The notes under the pieces: model-generated
Databases searched by the model: none
Told to the model about the DNA's origin: nothing
Seen by the model: the letters and a program-made list of their open reading frames with translations, nothing else
Shown: piece by piece, positions 18,219 to 27,565 of the stretch
Position numbering within the stretch: position 1 is the stretch's first letter
How the letters are laid out: each line of letters opens with the position of its first letter
Source of the DNA: a virus
Lineage: Duplodnaviria; Caudoviricetes
Reading direction: 5' to 3' (one strand)
Virus record (IMG/VR): IMGVR_UViG_3300048599_000790
Span: 1-42,078 of that record
DNA length: 42,078 nucleotides
Position numbers and translations under genes: made by a program

Positions 18219-19484
18219 TCAGGCTTGGCCGAACATCTGGCAGCCGGCCATTTCCGGGTTGACCAGCGCCGTGCCGAAATCGATATCGAAGCGAGCCTTC
18301 ACCGACAGATCGTTGATGTTGCCCTGTCGCGTATAGGTGATGCTGATGCCAAAATCGGTCGTCGCCGTCATCGACTGCCAGCCATCCTCGGGATCGACCG
18401 CGTAGCTGCCGGGGAGGATCAGCAGCGACTCCTTCTTGAAGAAGGGATTGAGGTCGGCCGCAGTGGTGTTGAGCCACGTCAGCGGCGCGTCGTCTGCCGG
18501 ACCCGCCGACACGTTCGCATATTCCTTCGATGCCGCCGAACCTTCCGCTGCATCAATGATCGCCGGGTAGACGCGGATCGTGTTCGCAGCAGGCTTGCCG
18601 ACGACACGGAACGTCTTGAGCTGACCGGTGCTCTGCTTCGTGATCAGGTGGATCGAAAACACGTTCGCGATCGTGAAGGCGTCGCCAACCTTGATATTGG
18701 CATAGGTGCCGCCATCGACGACAAGGTCCGTGTAGCGGTTGTCCTTGTTTTCCGTCTCGCCGGTCGAAGCGGTGGTTGTCGCAGCCGGGACCGTGCGCTG
18801 GTTGGCGCCGTTGATCAGGACCGCGCCGCCGGTTGCCGCGGCCAGACGAATCGACTGGTCGTTCTTGAACACCGCGATACCGGCGACGTCCGAGTTGATC
18901 AGCGCACGCTCATATGCGGTGCGACTGCGCTTCGAGTCCTCTGCACGGCTGGCAAGGTTGCCCGCCATGCTGTTCATCGATCGCGGACTGTAGAAGGCCA
19001 TGCGGTCATCCAGACCGATGCCGATTTCAGTCATGCGCGCATCGATGTCCGCCACGTCATCGAATCCCGCGGGCGCGGCGGTGCGCTTTGAGAAGATGCC
19101 GCCCTGGAGCGCCGCCGTGTTGAACAATTCAAGATTGACGTCGCTCGCCAGCTTCTGCTTGGCTGCCTTACCCCACTGATCAAGCGCGAACTGGTTGCGC
19201 AGGTTCTTCGAGGTGAATGCCTTCGCCGAGTGCCGATGGAAGCCGATCGAAGCGGGCACGGAAATCTGAGTAACGTCGCCGAAGTTCGCCGACGCGTCGA
19301 ATCCCGAGAAAGACGAGCCGATCATCGGGGCAGGGAGCCAGAACTTGTCGCGAGCGCGATCCTGATCCTGTGCGGAGGGCGGGTCGAACTTCTCGGCGCC
19401 CTTGGCAATGACGAGCATGTCATCGAAGCCCTCGATAACATTGTCGAACATCACCTGCTCTTGCTTCGTGAAACTATTGGCCAT
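18219..19484 (-). CDS. Major capsid protein (P22 coat family)
   Basis: 421 aa; GDAFTIANV and C-terminal RFD..FG....NPEMAG; synteny. Confidence 0.92.
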   Translation of the reverse strand: MANSFTKQEQVMFDNVIEGFDDMLVIAKGAEKFDPPSAQDQDRARDKFWLPAPMIGSSFSGFDASANFGDVTQISVPASIGFHRHSAKAFTSKNLRNQFALDQWGKAAKQKLASDVNLELFNTAALQGGIFSKRTAAPAGFDDVADIDARMTEIGIGLDDRMAFYSPRSMNSMAGNLASRAEDSKRSRTAYERALINSDVAGIAVFKNDQSIRLAAATGGAVLINGANQRTVPAATTTASTGETENKDNRYTDLVVDGGTYANIKVGDAFTIANVFSIHLITKQSTGQLKTFRVVGKPAANTIRVYPAIIDAAEGSAASKEYANVSAGPADDAPLTWLNTTAADLNPFFKKESLLILPGSYAVDPEDGWQSMTATTDFGISITYTRQGNINDLSVKARFDIDFGTALVNPEMAGCQMFGQA

Positions 19485-19603
19485 GTGAAAACACTCCGGA
19501 ATTGGATGGTTTTCCGCGTGGCACTCCCGTTTCAGCCGGAGGTCGCTGGGTTGCGGACGGGGGCAGTATTACTCGCCCCCGCTTCCGCCTTCATTTGGGC
19601 AAA

Positions 19604-20395
19604 TTACGCCGCTTCACGAAGCTTGCGCCGATAGGCGATGAGCGCAGTTCGGTTGCCGGTGCGCTCGGCCTCTTTTTCCAGACGAGCAAGCTCCTTGTCG
19701 GCTCCCTTGGGCATGGCGTTGCCCTGAGGAATGCGCTCGGGGTTCGGGGCAGACTTCTTTCGGACTGTCATGCTGGCCTCCATCAGTGCCACCTTGGCGA
19801 TGAATTTCGCCGGATTTGTAACGCCGACCAGCTCCCGCAACTTGGACGGATTGCGACCCAAAGCGTAGAGAAGCTTGCCTGCGTCGGCAGAGACGGATGC
19901 GATCATATATTCCTGTTGCGGCGTCAGGGACGCGCGAACATCGGAAATGACCTCGGATGCGTCGCTGAACGTCAGGCCCGATACACTGGCCTCATAGCGC
20001 TGCACGTCCTGCCGCGCCTCGTCTTCGGCGCTGGTTGGTTGCTGCCGCTGCGCGAGCTGCGCCTGCACCTTGCGGTCAGACCATTCGTCAACGGCGGCGT
20101 CGAACTTTTCCTCGTCATAGTCGAAATCTTCGAGCCGCGGGCGGGCGCCCACTTCGACAGGCACTGGCTTGGCCCGCTCTTCGGCGTCGGCCGCTCGTCG
20201 CGACAGGGCGGCAATGGCGCGATCACGTTCGCGAATCTCATTGCGCAGACGCTTCGGAAGGTCAGCAGGGTCGCCTTCATCCTCGGCTTCTTCACCAAAG
20301 CCGATCTCCTCTTCTCCGGCATCCTCGTCGATGTCGCCGATCTCTTCTTCTCCGACATCTTCGGTCAGCAGCAGTTCTTCTTCTTCGGGGTCCAT
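19604..20395 (-). CDS. Scaffolding protein
   Basis: Acidic N-terminus, RPRLEDFDYDEEKF, C-terminal LIAYRRKLR; between portal and coat. Confidence 0.88.
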   Translation of the reverse strand: MDPEEEELLLTEDVGEEEIGDIDEDAGEEEIGFGEEAEDEGDPADLPKRLRNEIRERDRAIAALSRRAADAEERAKPVPVEVGARPRLEDFDYDEEKFDAAVDEWSDRKVQAQLAQRQQPTSAEDEARQDVQRYEASVSGLTFSDASEVISDVRASLTPQQEYMIASVSADAGKLLYALGRNPSKLRELVGVTNPAKFIAKVALMEASMTVRKKSAPNPERIPQGNAMPKGADKELARLEKEAERTGNRTALIAYRRKLREAA

Positions 20396-20438
20396 AGTCT
20401 CAGCTCCTTACGCGGCGATAGGCTCGCCGGAGGCCACC

Positions 20439-22475
20439 TCAAGGCAGTTGGTTGCCTCGCAGGATTCGGGGAGCGGCAGCATCGTTGGCGGGCTGCCCAA
20501 TTCCGGTAAGCGTTTCGACGGTCTTCGCCTTTGATAGGCCTGTGTCGGCCTCGGCCTTTTTCGCCAGTTCGATGTCCTTGACTGCCGCAGCCTCAAGAGC
20601 CTTACCCTGAGCATCCGCGAGCACCGACGCCGGGTCCGGCTGCGCGGCCTGCTCGGCAAGCGCCTTCTGCTCTTCTTCGTTCGGCTCGACCGCGCCCATC
20701 TGCACAAGAGCTTTGCGCACCCACGTCTTGACGTCGGCAAGGCCCTCACCGTCCTGGTTCATTACCGCGGTGCGCAGACAGATTTGCGCCAGCTCCATAT
20801 CCTGCGCAGCGACGGCGGCCTCAGCCGTTGCCAGCATCGATCGCACAGTCTTGTCCCGGCGCGTTGCCGTGGCCTCAGAGACGGACGCGATCACTTTGTA
20901 TTTCGCGCGGGTCAGGTCGTTGCGGAGCTTGTGCTCGCCTTCGGTGGTGGCGTAGCGCTCGGAGAGGACGGCGATCCCATCGTCTCCATCCTCCGACATG
21001 GTTTCGACCTCACGCCCCTCATCGGCGTAAATTTCCGAGGCCATCGACAGGTAAATCTCGCCCTCTCGCTGCACGGACTGGCGCATATTATCGAGATAGA
21101 TGCCAGACTTCGCATCAACACGGCTCGCGGCGATATCCATGGCCTCGGCGCTGGTGTTCGCCTTGACTTCATCGGCGCCGTCGCGGTCTTCCTCGGTAAG
21201 GTCTCCGTTCGTAAGTTGGAGCAAGGCAGCCGTCACCTGTGGAACATCAGGCGGCTTCACGTATCCAATCGGTCCGCCGCCATTGACGAGCGCGCCGGAT
21301 TGCGGATCGGTCAGGGGGTTCGCTAGGGCGTAGGCATGCCGCTCGATGTGCATGTTAGCCCACATGTCACCGAGACCGCCCTGCATCTGCTCGGGAGCGA
21401 AGATCGGGATTTCGCGGGGGCTGAGCGCGTTGATCTCGGCAAGGCGGCTGACATTGCTATTGTAGACGCGCTGGACGTCCATGCGGTCCTGCGTCTCGCC
21501 TTTCCAGCGCTCCATGCCGTCGACAAACTCACGCTTGCCGTAGACCGGGACGATGGGGATGCAGCAGCCAGCGATGTACCCCTCGTCGCTGAGCACACGC
21601 GCGCCCGACATGATATATTTGTGGACGCGCTTGCGTTTGCGGCGCTGCGTTCGGTGCATCCACCCTGCCGCAATCTTGTCCGCGATGCCTGCTGCGTCGA
21701 TTTCGTCAGACCACAGCCGCTCCTCGTCCCCGGTCAACGTCTGGTTGAAGATGTGAAGCACGGCCGCCTTGTGCTCGATCTCGTAATACTCGGCCGCGTA
21801 CCAAGTCTCAGGCGCGAACCAATCCCACTTGGGGCGGTCGACCGCCTCGGGCCAACCATCGCAGGTCTCGTCCCATTCTTCCCGGTAGGCGTCAGGCGTG
21901 TAAGGCAGCAACACAAAGGCAAAGCGGGCGTCGGACTTGTCATAGAGACGCGACTGAGCGTCGAAGTAGACGAGTTGGTCCGCGTCCGCGATCAGGACGC
22001 CGGGGTTCACCCGCTGATTGTCGTTCTCCGGGTCTTCCTCGTCCTCAAAGACGTTGGCGAGGCGATAGGCGCCAAAGCCGCCACTGACCGCCTCGTAAAA
22101 TGCATTATCGCGCGCCTGCTGCGCCTTGTAGCGGTAGCTGTCTGCGCGGTGCATGCCGTCAAGCGTGTCGGCCGTGTCCTGATCGGCCTCAGGACCGTCC
22201 GGTCGGAAATCTGGCGCGATCCGGTTCTGCCGATAATCTGTCTGAATCTTGCTGATCCGACGCCCGATCTTCGGCACCTCAATACGGATGCTGTTCTCGA
22301 ACTGCTCGCCCCACGACCCCTCCCACTGGGCGCCGGGGATCGAAGCGAAGCGGCGAGCCGCGAGCGATTGGCGCCGCAAATCCTGCTGGGGCATGGCCGT
22401 ATCGTCGAAGCGACGCAGGGCGCGCACATGAACGTCGCTTAGCGCATCGCTGCTGGTTGTCGTATCGTCGGCCAC
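20439..22475 (-). CDS. Portal protein (P22-like)
   Basis: 678 aa; G.QW, IPIVPVYG and ANTSAEA motifs; follows the terminase. Confidence 0.92.
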   Translation of the reverse strand: MADDTTTSSDALSDVHVRALRRFDDTAMPQQDLRRQSLAARRFASIPGAQWEGSWGEQFENSIRIEVPKIGRRISKIQTDYRQNRIAPDFRPDGPEADQDTADTLDGMHRADSYRYKAQQARDNAFYEAVSGGFGAYRLANVFEDEEDPENDNQRVNPGVLIADADQLVYFDAQSRLYDKSDARFAFVLLPYTPDAYREEWDETCDGWPEAVDRPKWDWFAPETWYAAEYYEIEHKAAVLHIFNQTLTGDEERLWSDEIDAAGIADKIAAGWMHRTQRRKRKRVHKYIMSGARVLSDEGYIAGCCIPIVPVYGKREFVDGMERWKGETQDRMDVQRVYNSNVSRLAEINALSPREIPIFAPEQMQGGLGDMWANMHIERHAYALANPLTDPQSGALVNGGGPIGYVKPPDVPQVTAALLQLTNGDLTEEDRDGADEVKANTSAEAMDIAASRVDAKSGIYLDNMRQSVQREGEIYLSMASEIYADEGREVETMSEDGDDGIAVLSERYATTEGEHKLRNDLTRAKYKVIASVSEATATRRDKTVRSMLATAEAAVAAQDMELAQICLRTAVMNQDGEGLADVKTWVRKALVQMGAVEPNEEEQKALAEQAAQPDPASVLADAQGKALEAAAVKDIELAKKAEADTGLSKAKTVETLTGIGQPANDAAAPRILRGNQLP

Positions 22476-22519
22476 GGCAGCGGTTTACCCTGCGGGCCGC
22501 GCCCCTTCATTTGGGCAAA

Positions 22520-24055
22520 TTACCGCCCCGCTACCATGCGGGTAGAGGGGATGCTGACAGGCTTCGCGACTTGCTTCGGAATGCCCTTGCGCACAGCGGC
22601 TGTCTCAAACGCCTTGTAGCCGTGGCTGAACTGGTCATGCAGCGGCTTATCTTTCCAGACCCCAAGCCGCTCATCCCACTCCTTACGGTAGCTATCGAGG
22701 CAGTCGATCAGCCGCTGGCAGCGCTCTTCGTCGATCCATACCGTCGCAAGGAACGCGCGAGACGCCTCGACGCCATCCTGTTCGGTGGCGATGCGCGGCA
22801 CGATCCTGACCGGCTTGATACCGCATTCCTCGGCATGCTGCTTGGCGCTCTTCGCGTCCCTGCCGAGGCGTCGGTGATCCGCGTCATGCGGCATAAAGTG
22901 CTCGCTGTAGTTGTAGCCCTTGTCGGTCAGCACCTTCGCGTAATGCTCGAAACCCTCGCCGCTGTTTTCGTAGTAGTCGATTAGCCGCCGCTCCAAACCC
23001 ACGTCTTGCCAGAAGCAAATGGTCATCGCGTCGCCGACGCCTAGATCCCATGTCGTGTAGACCGGAATGCCGAGGATCGGGATGCGGCAGATGCGGCCCT
23101 CGGCCCGAACTTTGGCCATCTGCTTGTTGAAGTATGCGCCCTCGACGCTAGCTTGGAACGCCTCGTCAGGATGAGATGGATGCTCTTGCGTCATCTTCTC
23201 GCCCTGCTGCTCGGCCTTCTTGACGTACCACGCCTTTTGCTCGGGGCGCAGATTGACCGCGCGCGCCTTAAGCCAAGGATGTTCCTCGATCTTGTCGAAA
23301 TACTCCTGCCATTCCGATGTTATCAGCACCTCGTCATGCAGAACGTTCCCATCGTCCTGCCACCATGCGGTGAAGTGGAACTTGAAGTCCAGCGCGGTCA
23401 GGCTTCGCCCTTCTTCCGCATGATTTCGCGCCCGCTTCACCATGTCGTGAAACTCGCCAGCCCGGCCCTCGGCTGTCGATTCCACGGTGATGCTCTGCCC
23501 CACCGCGACGGTATTGAAGGCGCCGGTCTTTACCTCGTCGGCGCGATCCGGGAACTTGGCGCACAACTTCCCATACTCCGAAACGTGTAGCCGCTGGAGC
23601 GTACCCGACCGCAGCGACACGCCAACGCGGATGCTTGATCCGTTGTTGAAGCGCAGGCTCTCCGCGCTGTCGTTCTCAGCCGACACAACCTTGCGAAAGA
23701 CCAGCGGCAAATTGTCATAGGCGAACTTGATCTTGTCTTTGAAGAAGGCCTTCGCATCAACAAGATTGTGGGCGATCACGCCTGCGCTGAGGTTCGGGGT
23801 AAACAGGCAGTCGTCCAGCATGTCGAGCTGAATGACGGTGGTGTATCCAAGCTGGCGTGCCTTGAGGACAACGTCCATCCCATGTCGCTCGGCAAGAAAC
23901 TGCTCTTGGTGCGCGTTCATGCGAAACGGCACCTTCTTGCCCGTCTTGTCCTTGATATCGTAGAAGCCGCCGCGGAGCCTGCTCAGCTTGTCGGGGAACT
24001 TCTGGCGGATCGCATCAAGCAGCGCCGCCTCGTCGGCTACCGCTGCCCCAGCCAC
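22520..24055 (-). CDS. terL: Terminase large subunit
   Basis: Walker A LKARQLGYTT, Walker B LHVSEYG, ESTAEG coupling motif, WDLG nuclease motif. Confidence 0.95.
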   Translation of the reverse strand: MAGAAVADEAALLDAIRQKFPDKLSRLRGGFYDIKDKTGKKVPFRMNAHQEQFLAERHGMDVVLKARQLGYTTVIQLDMLDDCLFTPNLSAGVIAHNLVDAKAFFKDKIKFAYDNLPLVFRKVVSAENDSAESLRFNNGSSIRVGVSLRSGTLQRLHVSEYGKLCAKFPDRADEVKTGAFNTVAVGQSITVESTAEGRAGEFHDMVKRARNHAEEGRSLTALDFKFHFTAWWQDDGNVLHDEVLITSEWQEYFDKIEEHPWLKARAVNLRPEQKAWYVKKAEQQGEKMTQEHPSHPDEAFQASVEGAYFNKQMAKVRAEGRICRIPILGIPVYTTWDLGVGDAMTICFWQDVGLERRLIDYYENSGEGFEHYAKVLTDKGYNYSEHFMPHDADHRRLGRDAKSAKQHAEECGIKPVRIVPRIATEQDGVEASRAFLATVWIDEERCQRLIDCLDSYRKEWDERLGVWKDKPLHDQFSHGYKAFETAAVRKGIPKQVAKPVSIPSTRMVAGR

Positions 24056-24465
24056 TCGGCCAAGTCCTTGCTGACGTTATGCTCAACCTCTGTTTTGTCG
24101 CGCCACGCGGCGGACCGGCGATTTTTGAGCCAGAAGATCGCCGCAGTCGTATCGGGCGCTACCTTGGCACGGAACGGCGCATAGACTGGCTCTTCCGCAC
24201 CCGAGGGCATGAATATCTTCACCTCGTCTTGCTCATAGCCGATAGCCTTCTGGTACAGGCTGCGCTCTACGCGCTCGTCTGCCACATCCTTCCCTGCCTT
24301 TAGGGCCTGACAAAATTCGGCATGATCGTGCTTCCATCGGTATATGGTCCGCACGTCGACCTCGAAGAAATCGGCAAGCTCTTGGTCGGTCGCACCGAAC
24401 TCGCACAGTTTCACCGCTTGGGCCGCATATTCGTCGCGATACTCAGTTGGTCGTCCTGCGGGCAT
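24037..24465 (-). CDS. terS: Terminase small subunit
   Basis: GRPTEY, HTH (ATDQELADFFEV), PDTTAAIFWLKNR. Confidence 0.92.
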   Translation of the reverse strand: MPAGRPTEYRDEYAAQAVKLCEFGATDQELADFFEVDVRTIYRWKHDHAEFCQALKAGKDVADERVERSLYQKAIGYEQDEVKIFMPSGAEEPVYAPFRAKVAPDTTAAIFWLKNRRSAAWRDKTEVEHNVSKDLAEWLGQR

Positions 24466-24469
24466 GACT

Positions 24470-24805
24470 CTATTTCTCTACCTTCGGCCCGCCCTTGCCG
24501 ACACTGCGCAATTTACGCAGGTGGCGAAGGCGCGACCGAGCTGCCGTTTCCGTTATGCCCATCTCGGCGGCGGTGGCGATAACCCCGCGCTTCTGCCATT
24601 GCCTGCTCCAAAGCTTGCGATCCTCGGCAGGCGTCCACGTGTGATAGACCCGGGGGGCGCGCCGTCTCTCTCGACGCACAATCTCCGCGATTACATCGCT
24701 CTCGTCATCCCAGAGTGCCCGCATCTTTTCGATACGGGCAATCAGCTCCAACACCATGGGTTCTGCATCCGCGGGGATGCCGGTAAGGGCGCCAGCCAGG
24801 TTCAT
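24470..24805 (-). CDS. Myb/GcrA-like HTH protein (candidate late regulator)
   Basis: WTPAEDRKLW...AAEMGITETAARSRL; last gene before terS. Confidence 0.55.
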   Translation of the reverse strand: MNLAGALTGIPADAEPMVLELIARIEKMRALWDDESDVIAEIVRRERRRAPRVYHTWTPAEDRKLWSRQWQKRGVIATAAEMGITETAARSRLRHLRKLRSVGKGGPKVEK

Positions 24806-25038
24806 TCTCGCTCTTCGTCCTTCTTCCGCCGGGCGACCCAGCGCTTGCTTGGCAGGATGGTGATGATGAGGCCGCTGCGAATGACCGCCCTGTGGCCTGT
24901 GGGAAGAATGACGTCAGCGCCGATGCTGGATGCGATATCGAAAGCCCGGCCAGACAAGCGCCTGTGGATTTCGTCGGTCGGGACATTCTCGACTCGCTCC
25001 CGGTATCGCTCGATCGCATGGGCAGTGACGTGGAGCAT
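24802..25038 (-). CDS. Small protein with HAIERYRER motif (possible RNase-like fold)
   Basis: MLHVTAHAIERYRERV...IITIL. Confidence 0.6.
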   Translation of the reverse strand: MLHVTAHAIERYRERVENVPTDEIHRRLSGRAFDIASSIGADVILPTGHRAVIRSGLIITILPSKRWVARRKKDEERE

Positions 25039-25040
25039 CC

Positions 25041-25346
25041 CTACTCTGCCTTTCCTGTGGTGGTTGCTGCGCGGATCATGCCCTTGTAGACGTGGCCCGG
25101 GAGGCACGCCGCCGCGCTGGTCCAGTCGTCGGTGCAGCACTCAGCCTCGAACGTGCCCGCCTCCAGCATCGCCTCTGTCGGTTCCCTCGGTACGATGGCG
25201 TAACCGGCATCGTGGAGAGCGGTGATCGCGGCCTGCGCGCCATCGAAGTACAACTGGTGCCGCTCGTCGCCGCGCCAATCATGCTCGGTCTCTGGTGCGG
25301 TCCAGTCCCACATCGCCCTCGCGATTGTTTGGATGAGGTCAGTCAT
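25041..25346 (-). CDS. Hypothetical phage protein
   Basis: VPREPTEAMLEAG motif, common in phage accessory proteins. Confidence 0.7.
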   Translation of the reverse strand: MTDLIQTIARAMWDWTAPETEHDWRGDERHQLYFDGAQAAITALHDAGYAIVPREPTEAMLEAGTFEAECCTDDWTSAAACLPGHVYKGMIRAATTTGKAE

Positions 25347-25522
25347 TAATCCACCCCCGAAAGCAGCGACAGCGCGCCCCAGAAAAACATGAGGATGAAG
25401 CCCGCAACGAGCGCCGCTGCGAACGCTGCGTCAATTGTCAGTGGTGCATCGCCCGTAGATGCAACCATGACCCATGTGAGCGGGTACATCGCCAGCCATT
25501 TCCCCGTCTTCCCCTCTTTCAT
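25346..25522 (-). CDS. Small membrane protein
   Basis: MKEGKTGKWLAMYPLTWVMV...; coupled on both sides. Confidence 0.55.
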   Translation of the reverse strand: MKEGKTGKWLAMYPLTWVMVASTGDAPLTIDAAFAAALVAGFILMFFWGALSLLSGVD

Positions 25523-25674
25523 TTCACTCTCCCCGCGCTGATTGCCGCCTCGACACAGAACTTTGCCTCCTCAGCCTTCACTTTCCACGTCGCGTACCGC
25601 TTCCGTAATTCCGTCATGTCGATTGCTCCCCGGCGGTAGTCGATGATGTCGTTCGTCATCTTCTGGAAGGTCAT
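25519..25674 (-). CDS. Hypothetical protein (51 aa)
   Basis: ATGA-coupled; MTFQKMTNDIIDYRRG... Confidence 0.55.
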   Translation of the reverse strand: MTFQKMTNDIIDYRRGAIDMTELRKRYATWKVKAEEAKFCVEAAISAGRVK

Positions 25675-26180
25675 TCAGCGTGGCCGGGGTGGCGCGGCGG
25701 GATCATTTCACGCGACGGCTTCACCCAAGGATCGGTGCCGATAAGCTTGAGCTGCCCGCCCGCATCATAGACCCATTTCATCCCCCGCTTGCCCTCGCTG
25801 GCGAGACGCGCGTTGTATTTCGCCGCCAGGTCGATCTCGTTGCGCTTCGGGCCGCGAGCCTCCTTGATCAGGTCGATCAGCTCGGACGCCTTTGGCAGCC
25901 ACCGTTCGCGCTGCGCCCACTCGTCTGCCGCGGCTTTCAGCGCGTGCGGGTTGACGTGGGCTAGGTCTTTGGTGAGCAGCGCCACCTTCGCCTGAAACGG
26001 CTCGTTCTCTGCCGCGTTATTGGGCCGGTAGCGCGTAGCCAGTTCCAAAACCGCCTGACGGATCAGAGGATGGATATTCGGCTGCTGCGGCCTCGGCGGT
26101 GGCGCGGCGGAGTGCATCCACGATAGGGTCTGGCCCGCTATCTCGCGGCCTTCCATGGGGCTGTGGTCGGGGTTGTCCAT
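25671..26180 (-). CDS. Replication-associated protein (helicase loader/inhibitor-like); start uncertain
   Basis: DLAHV....LKAAADEW....RWLPKASEL; directly downstream of the initiator. Confidence 0.6.
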   Translation of the reverse strand: MDNPDHSPMEGREIAGQTLSWMHSAAPPPRPQQPNIHPLIRQAVLELATRYRPNNAAENEPFQAKVALLTKDLAHVNPHALKAAADEWAQRERWLPKASELIDLIKEARGPKRNEIDLAAKYNARLASEGKRGMKWVYDAGGQLKLIGTDPWVKPSREMIPPRHPGHAE

Positions 26181-26676
26181 TTCGGGGGGCTTTCATCTCG
26201 TCGGTCTCGAAAACGGTGGTCCAGCCGCGCTCAGCGGCGGCGGCGACAATCGGCCCGGGGGGCCAGCCGTCCCTCGCCCACTGGTCGAGTTTGCGGACAA
26301 TCTGCCGGTAGGCCCCCTCGGTCAGCGGAGCCTTTTTGGCTTTTCGGTTGGCTTTCAGAGCTGCCCAGTCGGTCTCATCGACATCAACCGGACACGGAAA
26401 CGGATCGGCCTTCGCGCGCGGGGTAGTATTCTCGGGGGTATGGGTGGGGGGGTTAGAATTATTTTCATTGGGGGGGCGGGAAAGGGGTTCGGCTGTGACA
26501 TCCGCGGTGTCACGTGACATCACGTTACGGCGGCGGGCCTGACGCTCCCGGTCAGCAGAACGGCGGGCTTCAATGGCCTCACGCTCAACTTCTGCGCGGG
26601 CCAACTCGCGCGCCACTTCGGCGACAAGGTGCCCCGGCGTCCCCGCTTCGATCAGGCGCGTCAGCAGATCGCTCAT
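26017..26676 (-). CDS. Putative replication initiator
   Basis: ADRERQARRR, low-complexity linker with iteron-like DNA, W..L..NRKAKKAPLT and RGWTTVF motifs. Confidence 0.7.
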   Translation of the reverse strand: MSDLLTRLIEAGTPGHLVAEVARELARAEVEREAIEARRSADRERQARRRNVMSRDTADVTAEPLSRPPNENNSNPPTHTPENTTPRAKADPFPCPVDVDETDWAALKANRKAKKAPLTEGAYRQIVRKLDQWARDGWPPGPIVAAAAERGWTTVFETDEMKAPRNGQPRPQPHGRPRDSGPDPIVDALRRATAEAAAAEYPSSDPSGGFGTGYALPAQ

Positions 26677-26996
26677 CCGAGCACCACCTGACAGGCCGCC
26701 ACGGTGCGGTCCCGGTAGACGTGCAGCTCATTGACCCACTGGTCGCCCTCAAGCACGCCGTGGCGCACCAGAAGGTCCAGAACGGCCTTCACGCGGTTGT
26801 CGATGTCGCCGCGGTGATCCATGTTGAGGCGGATCGTCACCGTGAAGGGCTTCGTCGGCATGTCCCATGACGCGAAGGTCAGCGAGGCGCTGGCCTGACG
26901 CTCCCACGCCTTGTAGGCGCCGGAGCGCACCCTGCCCTTGCCGGGCAAGTTGATGAACAGGTTGTTCGTGGACGGCGGGAGCGGAAGTTCGATCAT
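26673..26996 (-). CDS. rusA: RusA-like Holliday junction resolvase
   Basis: LPLPPSTNNL, DIDNRVKAVLDLL and GDQWV motifs. Confidence 0.88.
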   Translation of the reverse strand: MIELPLPPSTNNLFINLPGKGRVRSGAYKAWERQASASLTFASWDMPTKPFTVTIRLNMDHRGDIDNRVKAVLDLLVRHGVLEGDQWVNELHVYRDRTVAACQVVLG

Positions 26997-27565
26997 GCGG
27001 CAAGCTGCTTCCACTCGTCAGCCGACCAGCCCTTGCGCTCCGCCTTCGCGATCAGCTCGGCCTCGGTAAGCACAAGGCTGCCAAAGCCGTACTTCCAGTG
27101 GCCGCCCTTGGGATCGGGGGCTCCCTCCTGGGTGGTGCGGTAGACGGCGGTGCGGTCATGGGCGCGGATGAAAGCAGCCGCCATGTCGGCATAGGATTGC
27201 ACCCGTCCGCTCACATTGGGCTTGCGGTCGCGGGTGAAGCCAAATTGTGGGCGGAAGGTCGACCTTTGCAACCCAAGCACCCTAGCCCGCGACTTGACCG
27301 CGTTGATGCTGCGACCGAGGCGCGCGGCGAGATCGCCCGCCGTGACCACGCCATAGGACTGCTTGAGGCATGCGTCGTCATCGTCCGACCAAGCGACGCG
27401 CCTGCCTTGGGCAATCGCTGTTTCGCGACGCCATATCGTCAGTGTGCTACGACTGATCCCGAAGTGCGGGCACAGTTCGCGCCAGCTCTTGTCGCGCGAA
27501 TATTCAGCGAAGTCGGCAGGGATCGGAATGTTGCGCCCGGCGCGTTCGGCTTGCTCTGGCATCAT
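26993..27565 (-). CDS. HTH/Myb-like DNA-binding protein
   Basis: HFGISRSTL..W and WSDDDD.CL...LAARLGRSINAVKSRARVLGL. Confidence 0.7.
   Translation of the reverse strand: MMPEQAERAGRNIPIPADFAEYSRDKSWRELCPHFGISRSTLTIWRRETAIAQGRRVAWSDDDDACLKQSYGVVTAGDLAARLGRSINAVKSRARVLGLQRSTFRPQFGFTRDRKPNVSGRVQSYADMAAAFIRAHDRTAVYRTTQEGAPDPKGGHWKYGFGSLVLTEAELIAKAERKGWSADEWKQLAA

Larger units (their letters stand above)
15618..22523 (-). promoter_or_regulatory. Repeated 16-bp motif GTAATTTGCCCAAATG (15618-15633, 19592-19607, 22508-22523), putative late-promoter activator sites
   Basis: Three exact copies in intergenic gaps before the ejection, coat and portal genes; palindromic ATTTG-NN-CAAAT; a TA-initiated -10-like hexamer lies 20-21 nt downstream. 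Confidence 0.75.
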
